Below, piece after piece: positions 35,918 to 48,780 of a stretch of DNA of 64,000 nt. The notes beneath the pieces are model-generated. The model had not been told where the DNA came from. It made no database searches and saw only the letters and a program-made list of their open reading frames with translations. The stretch comes from the human T2T-CHM13v2.0 reference genome, Homo sapiens, in the NCBI RefSeq assembly GCF_009914755.1, contig NC_060926.1. One strand, given 5' to 3'. Both the position numbers and the translations under genes were made by a program. The first letter of the stretch is position 1, and each line of letters begins with the position of its first letter.

Positions 35918-36859
35918 TCCTCCTGCTTTTCCAGAGGACTGGATTTCTGGGAAATGGCTACCGAACAGGCTGCCAGGATCCATATATCCAGATTCAGAGA
36001 GATACATCTCTGGATTCAAATGCACTTTTTCTTTGTGCATAATTTTAGCAGTCATTGTTACTATGCCTTGGGGATTCTAGACATTATACTTCAGCTGACT
36101 CTCTATGGCCCTTTCTCCCCTTCACTGCTCTATCTGAACCTGGGGAAGCAGCTCAGGCTGCAAATGAGGCAGACCTCATGGCCTGGAATTAGCATCCCCT
36201 AGGACGGTTGTCAATCAGTGATGACAAGGGAGGTGTACACATCCCCCAGCTCCCTCACCTCTCAGGTGGAATAACAGAGGCATTTTTCCTGTGTTTCTAT
36301 GTGGGCTTGAGCTCTCGTCATCCTCAGAGGTGGCTCCTTCTGAGGCACTTTTCACTTTCCCTTTCCCTCCTCCCCTCCCTTGCTCACTTGCTTGTTTCCC
36401 GCACTTTGTAAATATACTGCCTGCATGCGAATCTTTGGCATCCTTCTCACTGAGGGGACCCAACCTAATGCATTGGAAAAATCCTCATTCTTGGAGGGCA
36501 TCGTTGGTTTGAATTATTGCCACTTCTCATGTTTTAATGCCTAGGGAAATTCCAAAAATTTAGGAAATCTTTAAATTCCCTTTGCCAATCTTTCTTAGAT
36601 TTGATTTTAGCAGAGATTCATTTTCTCTAGGTCACAAAATCACAGAAGCCTTCCACAAATGGCTACACAACATAGAGTCCACATAGAGCAGAGGCTCAGA
36701 ATCTCCCAGGATTTGACATCCACACATCAGACAGTCCTAGAGTCTCAGGTTTTTTCTAGGTCGATCGCCTCGTAAATCTGCCTTGTGATATTTTTATTCT
36801 ACCTTAGAGGAAGGCCATTGTGTGGATGATGAGAGTTGTTTGTGGAATGAATAATACAC

Positions 36860-37300
36860 CCACTAAAGACATCATTGTCCTAATATCTGGAATCTATGAT
36901 CATTACTTATGAACAAGTCAAAAATAACTTGGCAGACGTGGTTGAGAATTTTGAGGTCAGGAGAGTATCCTGAATTATCTGGGTGAGACCATCATAATCA
37001 CAAGGGTCCTTACAATAGGGAGGGAGGAAGGTAACAGCCAGAGAGGACCTGGGACAATGGACAGGGAAACTGGAGTGATGGAGGAAGGGGCCATGCTGCT
37101 AGGAATGTGGGAACATCAGAAAGATGGAATGCTCGACATTGGATTCTCTCTCTTGAAGCCTAGAATGAATAGAGCCCTATTACTCCTTGATTTTACTTCA
37201 TTGAGACTTCTGACCTCCAGAAATGTAAGATAATACACTTGTGTTATGTGGAGTAGTAAAGTTGTGGTAATTTGTTACAGCAGCAACAGGAAACCAATGC
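36860..37300 (+). mobile_element. MLT1-type MaLR LTR
   Basis: CTGAATTATCTGGGTG...GACTTCTGACCTCCAGAA...TGTGGTAATTTGTTACAGCAGCAACAGGAAAC. Confidence 0.75.
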
Positions 37301-37602
37301 AAGGGGAAGGGGTGTGTTTTACTTCCCTAGTGTATCACTGTCCTCTGTTCTCCCAAATAGTTCTGTGTTTTTGTGTTTGCTGTCAATTTCAACAAGAGAC
37401 AGAAAACATTTTTCTATGAGGAGAGCTAGTACCACAATTCTTCTTACGTAGAAAGTGTCTTGAGTAATTCTCTGGGTTAGGTCTTGTACAATCTTGGTAT
37501 CTGAGAGCCTGGAGGTCATCTCTCACAGCACATGAGAAGAGGAAGGGGATGCGGGTTTGCTGTTTTAACATTCATAGGGCAAATTGGATGTACAAGACCC
37601 AT

Positions 37603-37954
37603 TCTTTTTATTATTATTATTATTGTTAAGTTCTAGGTTACATGTGCACAACATGCAGGTTTGTTACATATGTATACATGTGCCATGTTGGTGCGCTGCA
37701 CCCATTAACTCGTCATTTACATTAGGTATATCTCCTAATGCTATCCCTCCCCCCTCCCCACACCCCACAACAGTCCCCGGTGTGTGATATTCCCCTTCCT
37801 GTGTCCACGTGTTCTCATTGTTCAATTCCCACCTATGAGTGAGAACATGCAGTGATTGGTTTTTTGTCCTTGCGATAGTTTGCTGAGAATGATGGTTTCC
37901 AGCTTCATCCATGTCCCTACAAAGGACATGAACTCATCCTTTTTTATGGCTGCA
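37603..37954 (-). mobile_element. L1PA 3' end (5'-truncated)
   Basis: GTTACATATGTATACATGTGCCATG...CCCACCTATGAGTGAGAACATGC...GGACATGAACTCATCCTTTTTTATGGCTGCA. Confidence 0.93.
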
Positions 37955-38744
37955 AGCGAGGACTGAGTCAGAGAGATGGGGATGGCAGAGGAGACAAAAT
38001 GTGGTCAGGGCCGTGTAAGATGTGACCCTGCTGCCATATCTGAAAGAAAGGCTGTTGGTGTTTGTAAAGGCTTTGGGCAAATTGTGCTTTGTAGACAAAA
38101 CTGTAGAAGGGTCTGGGTTTAAGCTTAGTGTCAGCGTGATGAGGACTAGAGGTTGCAGTGAGCTTGTGTTAAGAAATCCACCCTGCACTTCTGGCTTTGT
38201 CTCTTTTCCGGTTTTATAGGTGGTGGGTCCCTCTATGGAATGAACGTGGCTCTGTGGAAGGAACATAAGTTAAGGTCAGACAGACCTAGATTCCAAGTTC
38301 AGCTTCGACAACTGCTGACCAAGTGACTTTTATGCAAATCAGCCATGTGCTGTCATGAACAGTTTCCTCATGTGTGAAATGGGGCACTGAGGATGTGAAG
38401 GGGTGTCCTGAGGGTTCCGCCAGCTGATGCACCATGAAGTGTACATACATGTATAGACAGACACACACACATACATGAGAAGAGTATCTAGTGCCTCTTT
38501 TATGCATTCTTGAGTAACTCAGAATGTTATGTGAGATATTAACAGTCATATGTCATTTTCAACTAAAATTATCAATATTTATCTTATAACTAACAGATGC
38601 TTCTCTGTACACTGTAGGTTTCATGTACATTTTTTCAATCACAAAATTTTTCACCAATCTATTTACATCTAGTATCAGAAAGTTAAGCAAGGAGATTGCA
38701 AACCAACACAACACCTTTAGTCTGGATTTTCCCGGAGCCCCATT

Positions 38745-39210
38745 TGTGTTAGTGTCCTCGGGCTACTGTAACAAGTTCTCAAAAATGTGGTAGCTTCACA
38801 CAACAGGAATGGAATCTCTCATAGTTCAGAAGTCCAGATCAGTTTCACTGGGCTAAGATCTTGGAGTCATCAGTTCTGGCTCCTTCTGAAGCTCTAGGGA
38901 TCAGTCTGATTTAGCTTTTCCAGCTTCTGGTGGCTTCTCTCTCCCGGGATGTGGACACATCACTACAATCTCTGTCTCTGTGTTCACACTGCCTTCTCCA
39001 CTTCAGTCTATGCTAAATCTCTCTCTACCTCTTGTTTTTTTTAGGACACTTGAGTTTGCATTTAAGTCCCAGTTGATTAATCTAAGACCATCTCCCTGTT
39101 TCAAGCTCCTTAATTTACACCTGCAAAAGCTGTTTTCCCAAATGAGATACATGCATAGTCTTCATGGAATGAAACCTCACTATTTGGGGATGATACTCAG
39201 TACTACACCA
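38745..39210 (-). mobile_element. MLT1-type MaLR LTR
   Basis: GGGCTACTGTAACAAG...CTCATAGTTC...CTGAAGCTCTAGGG...CCAGCTTCTGGTGGC. Confidence 0.65.
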
Positions 39211-39250
39211 TTACATAACCAGGTCTCAGTGTTAGTCCTGTACATACATC

Positions 39251-39289
<39 letters not shown>

Positions 39290-39364
39290 GTCCACACACC
39301 CTGGCTTCCTCCTTTTCTCAATGTCATAAATCTCTTCAATTCCTTAAGTGTATCCAGTGATACC

Positions 39365-40214
39365 TATAAACAAATAAGTATCTGAGAAAAGTCTCAATCA
39401 GTTTAGAAATTTATTTGGTCAAAGTTAAAGAAATATCAGTGAAACAGCCTCAGGAGGTCTTGAGAACGTGTGTCAAAGGTCGTCGGGCTACAGGTTGGTT
39501 TTACACGTTTTAGGCAGACATAAGATATCAATCAATACGTGTAAGCTGCACATTGCTTTGATATGAAAAGGCAGGACAGCCCGAAGGAGGGGGGATGTTG
39601 GGGACTTCCAGGTCCTAGGTGGATTCAAAGATTTCATAGGTGGTTGAAAGAGTTTATCTAATGACCTGTAATCAACACAAGGGAGTTTCTGGGTTTAGAA
39701 AAAGGGTTTTGGAGCCAAGGTTGCATCATGCAGATGAAGCCTCCAGGTAGCAGGCTTCAGAGAGAATAGATTGTAATTGTTTCTTAGCAGACTTAAAAGG
39801 TGCCAAACTCTTAGTTAAATCTCTCTGGGTCAGGAAAGAGACTTAAAAAGGAGTCTCTACAGAATGTAGATTTTTCCCACAAGAACCAGCTTTGCAGAGG
39901 CATTTTTAAATACATTAAATAACAATATCTTGGGGAAAATACTTTGATTTCTCTTAGGACGTGGTATCTGTCACATTGGTATCTTATTGCTATAAAGAGT
40001 TTTCTTTGTCAGTCTCAAGGTCTCTGTCTTCATATTAAAAGCTGGTCAGTTGTGCCTGAATTTTAAAGGGAAGAGGGTAAGTTAAGGCATATCCAATCAT
40101 CCGTTCCGATCATGGGCTGCCTTGTATTTCAGGTTGATTTTGGTGTGTGCTTGGCTGAGAGGAGGAGTTCATTCAGTTGGTTAGGGAGCTTAGAGTTTCA
40201 TTTTTGGTTTACAC
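39365..40214 (-). mobile_element. MER4-group ERV1 solo LTR
   Basis: Minus strand begins TGTAAACCAAAAATGAAACTCTAAG; internal GATGAAGCCTCCAGGTAGCAGGCTTCAGAGAGAATAG. Confidence 0.75.
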
Positions 40215-41819
40215 ACCTATGTCCAGGTAAGAGGGCCCCACACAGGAGGGCTTGCTCAGAACCTGGCTTGCAGGGCTGCTTATGGACCTTCTATGTCTCC
40301 TGTTGTCATGCACAAGGAAGGACACAGCCAATGACAACCCTCAGCCATCCGAGGAGAAGCTGTGTCTGCAGAGGACGGTCATGAGCTGTGAGTCTAGAGA
40401 CCTGTGATTGTCTTCAGGGGCCTGTGGTCCTCGGCTTTCATAGGAGTTGTGGGGGCACTGGCTCAAATAGCATCCACCAGGATTCTAATCAGAATATCTC
40501 ATTCACAGAAGGCAGTGGGTGATATGACAGCACAGAGGGACTCTGTGGGTCCAGCTGCATGGAGCACTCTGGGAGAGTCACTGGCACCTGTGCTAGACAG
40601 AGCTTCATTCAACTTCTGGAGCACACGGATTTAGATCTCTTTACATCATTTTGAAAGACCACTTATCATTCTGAAGGAAACCACTGTAATTAACTAAGGT
40701 AACATCTTTAATAGGTAGAAAGAAAAAAGTGATTATTTTATTGCCAAGATGATTACAAGAAAAGAAAGAAACAAAAATAGCATGAAGGAAAGAGCAACAC
40801 TAGACTGAGGGCTTTGGGTAAGAGGTTGAGACTTAGTAGTGAATGCCCTGGGCCATCTTCTGTCAAAAGGGAGGGACAATCAGCAAAGGGAAATATGCAG
40901 TAGAGGCAAAATCTTGGTTAGTAAAAGAATCCTAAGAGAAAACAAGAAGTCTCCTTCCTGAGCATCATGTTGGTGTCGGGAAGATGCACATAATCCCCCC
41001 ATTGCATGTCTTAACACTTTTCAGCAATTAGGGCTCAGCATGAATTTAGAAGACACCATTCACTTCACAGCAGATGGGGACACAGTCAAGGCAGCGGTGA
41101 GAGGCAAGGCTGGGCTTTCAGTCTCAGAGCACAGAGCAGGTTCCCCACTACTCCGCACCCTTGTGTCTCCTCCCAGATGTTCCAGATGTTCCACCTCATT
41201 CTTGCCTTAAGGGCTCCAAGTTGTTAATGGGACAGTAGCCCTCTTCCTTTCCCAGGGTTTCTAAGAATTTGGCTCTCTTTTGTGTATTGCGGGGTTTGTT
41301 TGCCATCTAGAGGCAGGTTTTTGGCATAGCAACTTATAGGCTTTTTCTACTTGTGATAGCGAAAATAAATACATAAATAAATTCATCATAAATAATAAAT
41401 TGACTTAATGCATTGAATCTGTAAAAAAAAATAAGGTCAGTTTGAGAGCTTAAAAGGAGCCTGATGAGGTTAAAAAGACAAATTACCTTTAGTAAAGAGC
41501 AGTTGGAGCAATAGATGATTCTTTCTTTAATCAATGACATTTTAGGAGTAATTATCAAATGGTAAATAAAACTTGAAATAAGCTGATAAACTATAATTTT
41601 ATATGAAAAAAATATTTCCAAGAACCATACAAATACATTTTCAGATTAAAACAAACAAAAATGTGGGTTTATCATCAGATCCGCTAAATGGAAGATTTCT
41701 CAAATGTGTGCTTGGAGCAAAAATAACACTTATCCCTATTTGAAAGTTCAAGATTTTTGAGCTTTCGAAGAAAACAGCTTTCCCTTCACTCTGTTCCACT
41801 CACACTTCTGACGATGGCC

Positions 41820-43392
41820 ATGGGGCAAAAAGCCGCGGCGCTGGTGGGGCAAAAAGCCGCGGCGCTGGTGGGGCAAAAAGCCGAGACGCGCAAAAAGCTG
41901 CGGTGGTGGGGGGGCAAAAAGCCGCGGCGGCGGAGGCAAAAAGCAGTGGGAGCAAAAAACCATATAACATCGCGGCGGCGGGGGGCAAATAGCCGCGGCG
42001 GCGGGGGCAAAAAGGTGCAAAAAGCAGCGGTGGCGCGGGCAAAAAGCCACGGCGGCGGGGGCACAAAGACGCAAAAAGCCACAGTGGCGGGGGGGGGTGG
42101 GGGGGGCAAAAAGCCGCAGCCGGCAACAAGCCGCGGCGGCGGGGGGTAAAAAGCCGCGTCGGCGGCGGGCGAAAAAAAGCCGCGTCCTCAGGGGGGAAGA
42201 ATCCGCGGGGGCGGGGGGGCAAAAAGTCGCGGCAGCGGGGGGCAAAAAGCCGTGGCAGCGGGGAGGCAAAAGCCGTGGGGGGCGAAAAGCCGCGGCGGGC
42301 AAAAAGCCACGGCGGCGGGGGGGGGCTAAAAGCCGCGGCGACAAAAAACCACGGCGGCGGGGGGAAAAAGCCGCGGCGACAAAAAACCACGGCGGCGGCG
42401 GGGATGCAAAAAGCCGCGGAGGCAAAAAGCCGCGGCGGCAGGGGGGCAAAAAGCCGCGGCGGCAGGGGGGCAAAAAGCCGCGGCGACGGGGGTGCAAAAA
42501 GCCGCGACGGGCAAATAACCGCGGCACCGGGGGGGCAAATAACCGCGGCGCCGGGGGGGCAAAAAGCCGCGGCGGCGGGGGTGAAAAAGCCGGGTCGGGC
42601 AAAAAGCCGCGGAGGCAAAAAGCCGCGGCGGCAGGGGGCAAAAAGCCGCGGCGAGCAGAAAGCCGTGGGGGCGGGGGGCAGAAAGCCGAGGCGGGCAGAA
42701 AGCCGGGGCGGGCAGAAAGCCGCGGCGGCAGGGGGTAAAAAGCCGAGGCGCGCAAAAAGCCGCGGCGGCGGCGGCGGCGGGGAGCAAAACGCCGCGGCGG
42801 CGGCGGGGCAAAAAGCCGGGGCGGGGAAAAAGCCGCGGCGGAAGAGGGGCAAAAAGCCGCGGCGACGGGGGTGCAAAAAGCCGCGACGGGCAAATAACCG
42901 CGGCACCGGGGCGGCAAAAAGCCATGGCGGCGGGGGTGAAAAAGTCGCGGCGGCGGGGGAGCAAAAAGCCGGGTCGGGCAAAAAGCCGCGGCGGCGTAGG
43001 ATAAAAAGCCTCGGCTGGCAAAAAGCCGCGGCGGTGGGGGGAAAGAGCCGCGGCGGGCAAAAAGCCACGGCGGCGGGGATGCAAAAAGCAGCGGCGGCGG
43101 GGGGTCAAAAAGCCGGGTCGGGCAAAAAGCCGCGGGGGCAAAAAGCCGCGGGGGCAAAAAGCCGCGGGGGCAAAAAGCCGCGGGGGCAAAAAGCCGCGGA
43201 GGCAAAAAGCCGCGGCGGCAGGGGGCAAAAAGCCGCGGCGGGCAGAAAGCCGTGGGGGCGGGGGGCAGAAAGCTGAGGCGGGCAGAAAGCCGGGGCGGGT
43301 AGAAAGCCGGGGCGGCGGGGGGCAAAAAGCCGCGGCGGCGGCGGCGGCGGCGGCGAGCAAAAAGCCGCGGCGGCGGCGGGGAGCAAAACGCC

Positions 43393-43423
<31 letters not shown>

Positions 43424-44091
43424 GGCAAAAAGCCGGGGCGGGGAAAAAGCCGCGGCGGAAGAGGGGCAAAAAGCCGCGGCGGAAGAGGGGCAAAAAGCCG
43501 CGGCGACGGGGGTGCAAAAAGCCGCGACGGGCAAATAACCGCGGCACCGGGGCGGGTGGGGGGCAAAAAGCCGCGGCGGTGGGAGGAGCAAAAAGCTGGG
43601 TCAAGCAAAAAGCCGCGGCGGCAGGGGGTAAAAAGCCGCGGCGGGCAAAAAGCCGCGGCGGCGGGGGGTCAATAAGCCGCGGTGGCTGGGGGGCAAAAAG
43701 CCGGGGCGGGCAAAAAGCCGCGGCGGGCAAAAGCCATGGCGGCGGGGCGGCAAAAAGCCGCGGCGGCGGGGGGTAAAAAGCCGCGGCGGGCAAAAAGCCG
43801 CGGCGGCAAAAAGCCACAGCGGCTGGGGGGGCAAAAAGCCGGGTCGGGCAAAAAGCCACGGAGGCAAAAGCCGCGGCGGCAGGGGGCAAAAAGCCGCGGC
43901 GGGCAGAAAGCCGTGGGGGCGGGGGGCAGAAAGCTAAGGCGGGCAGAAAGCCGGGGCGGCGGGGGGTAAAAAGCCGAGGCGCGCAAAACGCCGCGGCGGC
44001 GGCGGCGGCGGCGGGGAGCAAAACGCCGCGGCGGCGGCGGCGGCGGCGGCGGCGAGCAAAACGCCGCGGCGGCGGCGGGGAGCAAAACGCC

Positions 44092-44128
<37 letters not shown>

Positions 44129-45124
44129 GGAGCAAAACGCCGCGGCGGCGGCGGGGAGCAAAACGCCGCGGCGGCGGCGGGGAGCAAAACGCCGCGGCGG
44201 CGGCGGGGCAAAAAGCCGGGGCGGGGAAAAAGCCGCGGCGACGGGGGTGCAAAAAGCCGCGACGGGCAAATAACCGCAGCACCGGGGCGGGTGGGGGGCA
44301 AAAAGCCGCGGCGGTGGGAGGAGCAAAAAGCTGGGTCAAGCAAAAAGCCGCGGCGGCAGGGGGTAAAAAGCCGCGGCGGGCAAAAAGCCGCGGTGGCGGG
44401 GGGGGGCAAAAAGCCGCGGTGGCGGGGGGGGGGGCAAAAAGCCGCGGCGGCGGGGGGTCAATAAGCCGCGGTGGCTGGGGGGCAAAAAGCCGGGGCGGGC
44501 AAAAAGCCGCGGCGGGAAAAAGCCATGGCGGCGGGGGTGCAAAAAGCCGCGGCGACAAAAAGCCGCGGCGGCGGGGGGTAAAAAGCCGGGTCGGGCAAAA
44601 AGCTGCGGAGGCAAAAAAAGCCGCGGCGGGCAGAAAGTCCCGGGGGGGGGGGGGCAAAAACCCGCATCCGGCAAAAAAAACCGCGGCGGCAGGGGCAAAA
44701 AGCCGCGTCGCCCGGGGTCGGGGGGTGGCAAAAAGACGGGGCGGGCAAAAAGCCGCGTCGGCAGGGGGGAAAAATCCGCGGGGGCGGGGGGGCAAAAAGC
44801 CAGCGGCGACAAAAAGCCGCGGCGGCGGGGGGCAAAAGCCCGCGGCGGGCAAAAAGCCGCGGCGGCGGGGGGACATAAAGCCGCGGTGGCGAGGGGGGTC
44901 ACAACAAAGCCGCGGCGGGCAAAAAGCCGAGGCGGGGTGGGGGGCAAAAAGCCGCGGCGGCAGTGGGGCAAAAAGCCACAGCGGCGGGGGGTAAAAAGCC
45001 GCGGCGGGCAAAAAGTCGCGGCGGCGGGGGACAGAAAGCCGTGGCGGGCAAAAAGCCGAGGCGGGGTGGGGGGGAAAAAGCCGCGGCGGCGGGGGGCGAA
45101 AAGCCACGGCGGTGGGGGGCAAAA
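41820..45124. repeat. CpG-rich 'CAAAAAG' satellite, unit ~GGGGCAAAAAGCCGCGGCGGC
   Basis: About 3.3 kb of ~15-25 bp units, each an A4-6 tract + GCCGCGG + variable (CGG)n/G-run. Confidence 0.96.
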
Positions 45125-47479
45125 TAGTGGAGATGGGGTAGAAGGACGGCACAGCTTGGTATTGCTGGAGTGTGATGTGATAGGAAATGTGCAGCCAAAG
45201 ACAAAAAAAGATGTAAGCTTGACTCATTGCAGCTAAGAACCCAGATGTTATCTTGAGGGTATTAACTAATAAGCAGTTTAAATCAGAATGGCATATTCTG
45301 ATTTGTTTTTTGTATGTTCACATTTGGCAGGCATAGATACTGTTTGAAAAGAGGAAAGACAGTAGATAGAGGTAACAAACTTAAATATGTGCGAAGTCTA
45401 GAAACAAGAGACCAGGGGGATAAGGACCTTTCAAAATAAAATGCAAGATTTGAAAACTGATTGGCTGGGGCATGAGGAAAAGGCAGGTCTTTAAGGTCAA
45501 TCCCTGTTTTGCTTTAAGTTGTTAAGGGTTGGTTTTATCACATATTGTAGAACATGTCATTTCAGTTTTGAACATCTTGAGTTAAATTGTCCTAACATAT
45601 CTTATGAATTTGATTTTCTTCCCTGGGAAGCTAATATTTCAAAAACTGAAAGAGTATATAGATTTCCAACTTGTATCCAATTTATAAAACTATCTCTAGG
45701 CTGCTGATTTCAGGAGGAGGCTCATGAATATTCTCTTTGCAGAGAATATATCAGGAGTTAACAACAGCTTCAATATTTGTGGACGACCAGTTAACTAAGC
45801 CACCTCTTAGTGTATTTAGATGGGAAATCTTAGCTGAAGATATTCAATAATGAACCAACAGTGACTAAAAAAATCAACATTTAAGTATATTTCATTGTAA
45901 TTAATTTGAATTGAAGTAGCAGCTAGTATTTACTACATTGAACAATGCAAATAAGAGGAAAAAATTAATAACTATCTCTAATACCACATGCCAAAATCCT
46001 CATCAATTTATTCTAGCTAAAGGAGTTGATCAGAAGCAGCAGTTGAAAGCACCAACTAAACCAGCTGGGGTTGGTTCACTGTCGTTCTCTCAGAACCATC
46101 TCTTCTCTGAACAAAACAAGTACAGGAGCTCATTGTGAATCTGCATTCTCCTTGCCTATTTTAAGGTTTTGATGTTGACACTAATTTGTGAAATCCCTCC
46201 TGTGGTGTGATATTTCGTTTTCCTTGCTTTCTGTTAGGACAAGAATGCTTCAGCTCTTAATTTAAAATTATGTTTCTCCCTCCTAGGTTGAGTGAACTTA
46301 GAATGCATTCTCTGACATATCCAAGTTTTTGTTAATATGAATTTCAGGAAAAAAGCATACTTAATTAGCTAAGACTTCTTATTCTAGGCTTGACCCTATG
46401 TTCGACATCTTTTGAATTTCTAGTTGCATGGGCTGCTCTCTGACACTGGTTAGTGACCTGGAAGCTGTATTAATGTTAGGGGAGGTGGTGTATGAGCATT
46501 AGAGGTATCCTTGCAAGGAAAGACTTGTCTTATCTCAATACGTCTTTTTTTTTTGCACACAAGAAAGTCAATGTTTGAGTCTTCTAAAATCTTCCTATTT
46601 CCAAGTTGCAGAGTACCATTGATTCCTAAACAAAAACCTAATTTTTGACTCAGAGACGTGGCGAGGTAGTGAATCACCATTATAATTTAACAATCTTCAA
46701 GATAAAATTATCTCTGATATTTAGATTTTGCCCAATTATTAAGATATTTGGGTGTTTTGTTAAGAATGGAAGACTCTTGTCTCTTGAGCAGAGACTATAA
46801 AGGCCTCAGATGATCATTTTTAATTTTATGCTCTTTTCTTTAACACCTTCAACACAGTTGGAAGCAGGCGGTATTCCCCAGAGTTGTTGTGTTTTTTAAA
46901 CCAAATGCATGGTTCAGTGGTAGAAAACTGGGCAGATCCAAGCTGTTTTCAGTAAACACTTCATTTCAGGTGACCTATTTCATATTAAATAATCTCTAGA
47001 TCCTATCTTCAAAACTAACTAGATCAGATAACCTACCCTGGATTTTCTCCTTTTTAGGGTCTGTGAGCTGCAGTCACTCTTGTGAAAATGATTGCAGTGA
47101 CAAGATAGAGTTGTAGATGGGGAAAATGTTTTGACTAATTTAAGCATAGTGGTATTTCATATGAGAATTTAAGTTACACACATTTGAAAATTATAATGGA
47201 GTCTCTTGGCTGAGCTTTAAAAAAAAATAGCGTTTTGGCTAAAAAGGGAACTGCTACCTCTCCTAAAATCAGAAAGATGTTACAGTAATTCTCCATTCTC
47301 TAGAATTATCAAGAAGCACCTTTGTGATGATTTACTTTTGCTCTTGGGAGTGTGAGCCCGTGTAGTCGTGGAACCATCAATTAGAATGGTGGCTTTCTGA
47401 TCCCAAAGTCATTCGTTCTGAAAACAATATTTTTCATAAATTTGAAAGTGAGAAGTTTTGATCTTGCCATTCCCACGTA

Positions 47480-48310
47480 ACTCTCTTAATAAGAGGCATC
47501 AGCATGCTTCAGTGACAGCTGTCACCTTCCAGTGCTGAGAGTCATCTTTGAGTTCTCCATTTCACTCCCTACACTCCAATTTAGCTGCAGTTCTCTTGGC
47601 CAGTCCTATGAAATACATCCATGGCCTAACGACTTCTCACCACTACTACCACTCATCCTGACAGCATTCTCACCTAAGTCACTACCTTTTTTCTCTGGAT
47701 TAGAGTAGCCTCCCAATTTATTTGCTCACATAACCTATTTATTCTACACAGTGCACCAGATACACCCCTTTGAAATGCAAACACAATCATGTTATTCTCT
47801 GGTGAAATTATCTCATATATTCCTATCGCATTTAAAATTAATTCAGAATCATCCCATGATTATCAAAACCCTACATGCTCTTCCACAACATGGTTTACTT
47901 CCAAGATATCTCTTCAACTTTTTTTTTCACTCTACTGAATTGGTGACTAATAGTCATATTTTTGCTTTTGCTCAAAAAGTCTTGACTTGTAAATTTTTCA
48001 GTTTCTCCTTTATCCACAGGTAACTCTTTCCTCATAAGGTGAATTGCTTGCTTCCTTGAGTTCTGCTCTCAAAGATACCCTTCATTTTCTACCTAATATT
48101 AATAACTTTAATCATTCATTATTCCATTACTATGCTCTATAGTGTATACAATTTCTGTTCTTTGTCATGTTATTAACTAAATTATTTGGTCCAGTAACGC
48201 ATTCCATAAATATTGTGCACATAAAAATTGTGTTATTTTTATTCCTGTATGCTCAGCTGCCCAATAACAGTCTGATGATTAACATATTTGTTGAATGCAC
48301 AAATACATTC
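47480..48310 (+). mobile_element. L2-like relic
   Basis: Pyrimidine-rich diverged sequence ending in AACATATTTGTTGAATG (L2 3' end). Confidence 0.5.
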
Positions 48311-48627
48311 TTTCACAAATATTAGTTTAATAATTTCATATTAAACTCCCTCTATACTTACAATATGAATTAGATAATTCAGAATAAACATTCCAGTGGA
48401 AAAAACTAAACAGTTTGTTATAAAACATCCTTAAAAGCATCAGAAAGTTAATACAGCAATGAAGAATTACAGGACCAAATTAAGAATGGTATGAAAGCCT
48501 GTTGGTGATGCTTATGTTTGGGTTATCTCTTTACTTAGAGTGACTATAAATCTCAAAAGAGAACTAAAGGGAGAAATAACCGTATCTACTAACAGGGTAA
48601 GGGTACTTAAACATCTCTTAGTAATTG

Positions 48628-48780
48628 AGAAAATTGAAAGAAAAGAAAAAAGAGAAAGGGAGAAAGAGAAACAGCGAAAGGGATAATGAAGGAGAGAAAG
48701 AAGAAGACAAAGGAAGAGGAAGAAAAGTAAAGAGGAGGGGGAAGGAGGAAGGAAGAAAGGTGAAAAGAAAGAAGGGTAAA
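48628..48780. repeat. GA-rich low-complexity tract
   Basis: Nearly pure purine run. Confidence 0.85.

Noticed and set aside
41748-45227. 1159-aa ORF and overlapping P/A/R/G/K-rich ORFs
   Set aside because: All frames are open because the CAAAAAG satellite lacks stops; no domain or gene context.
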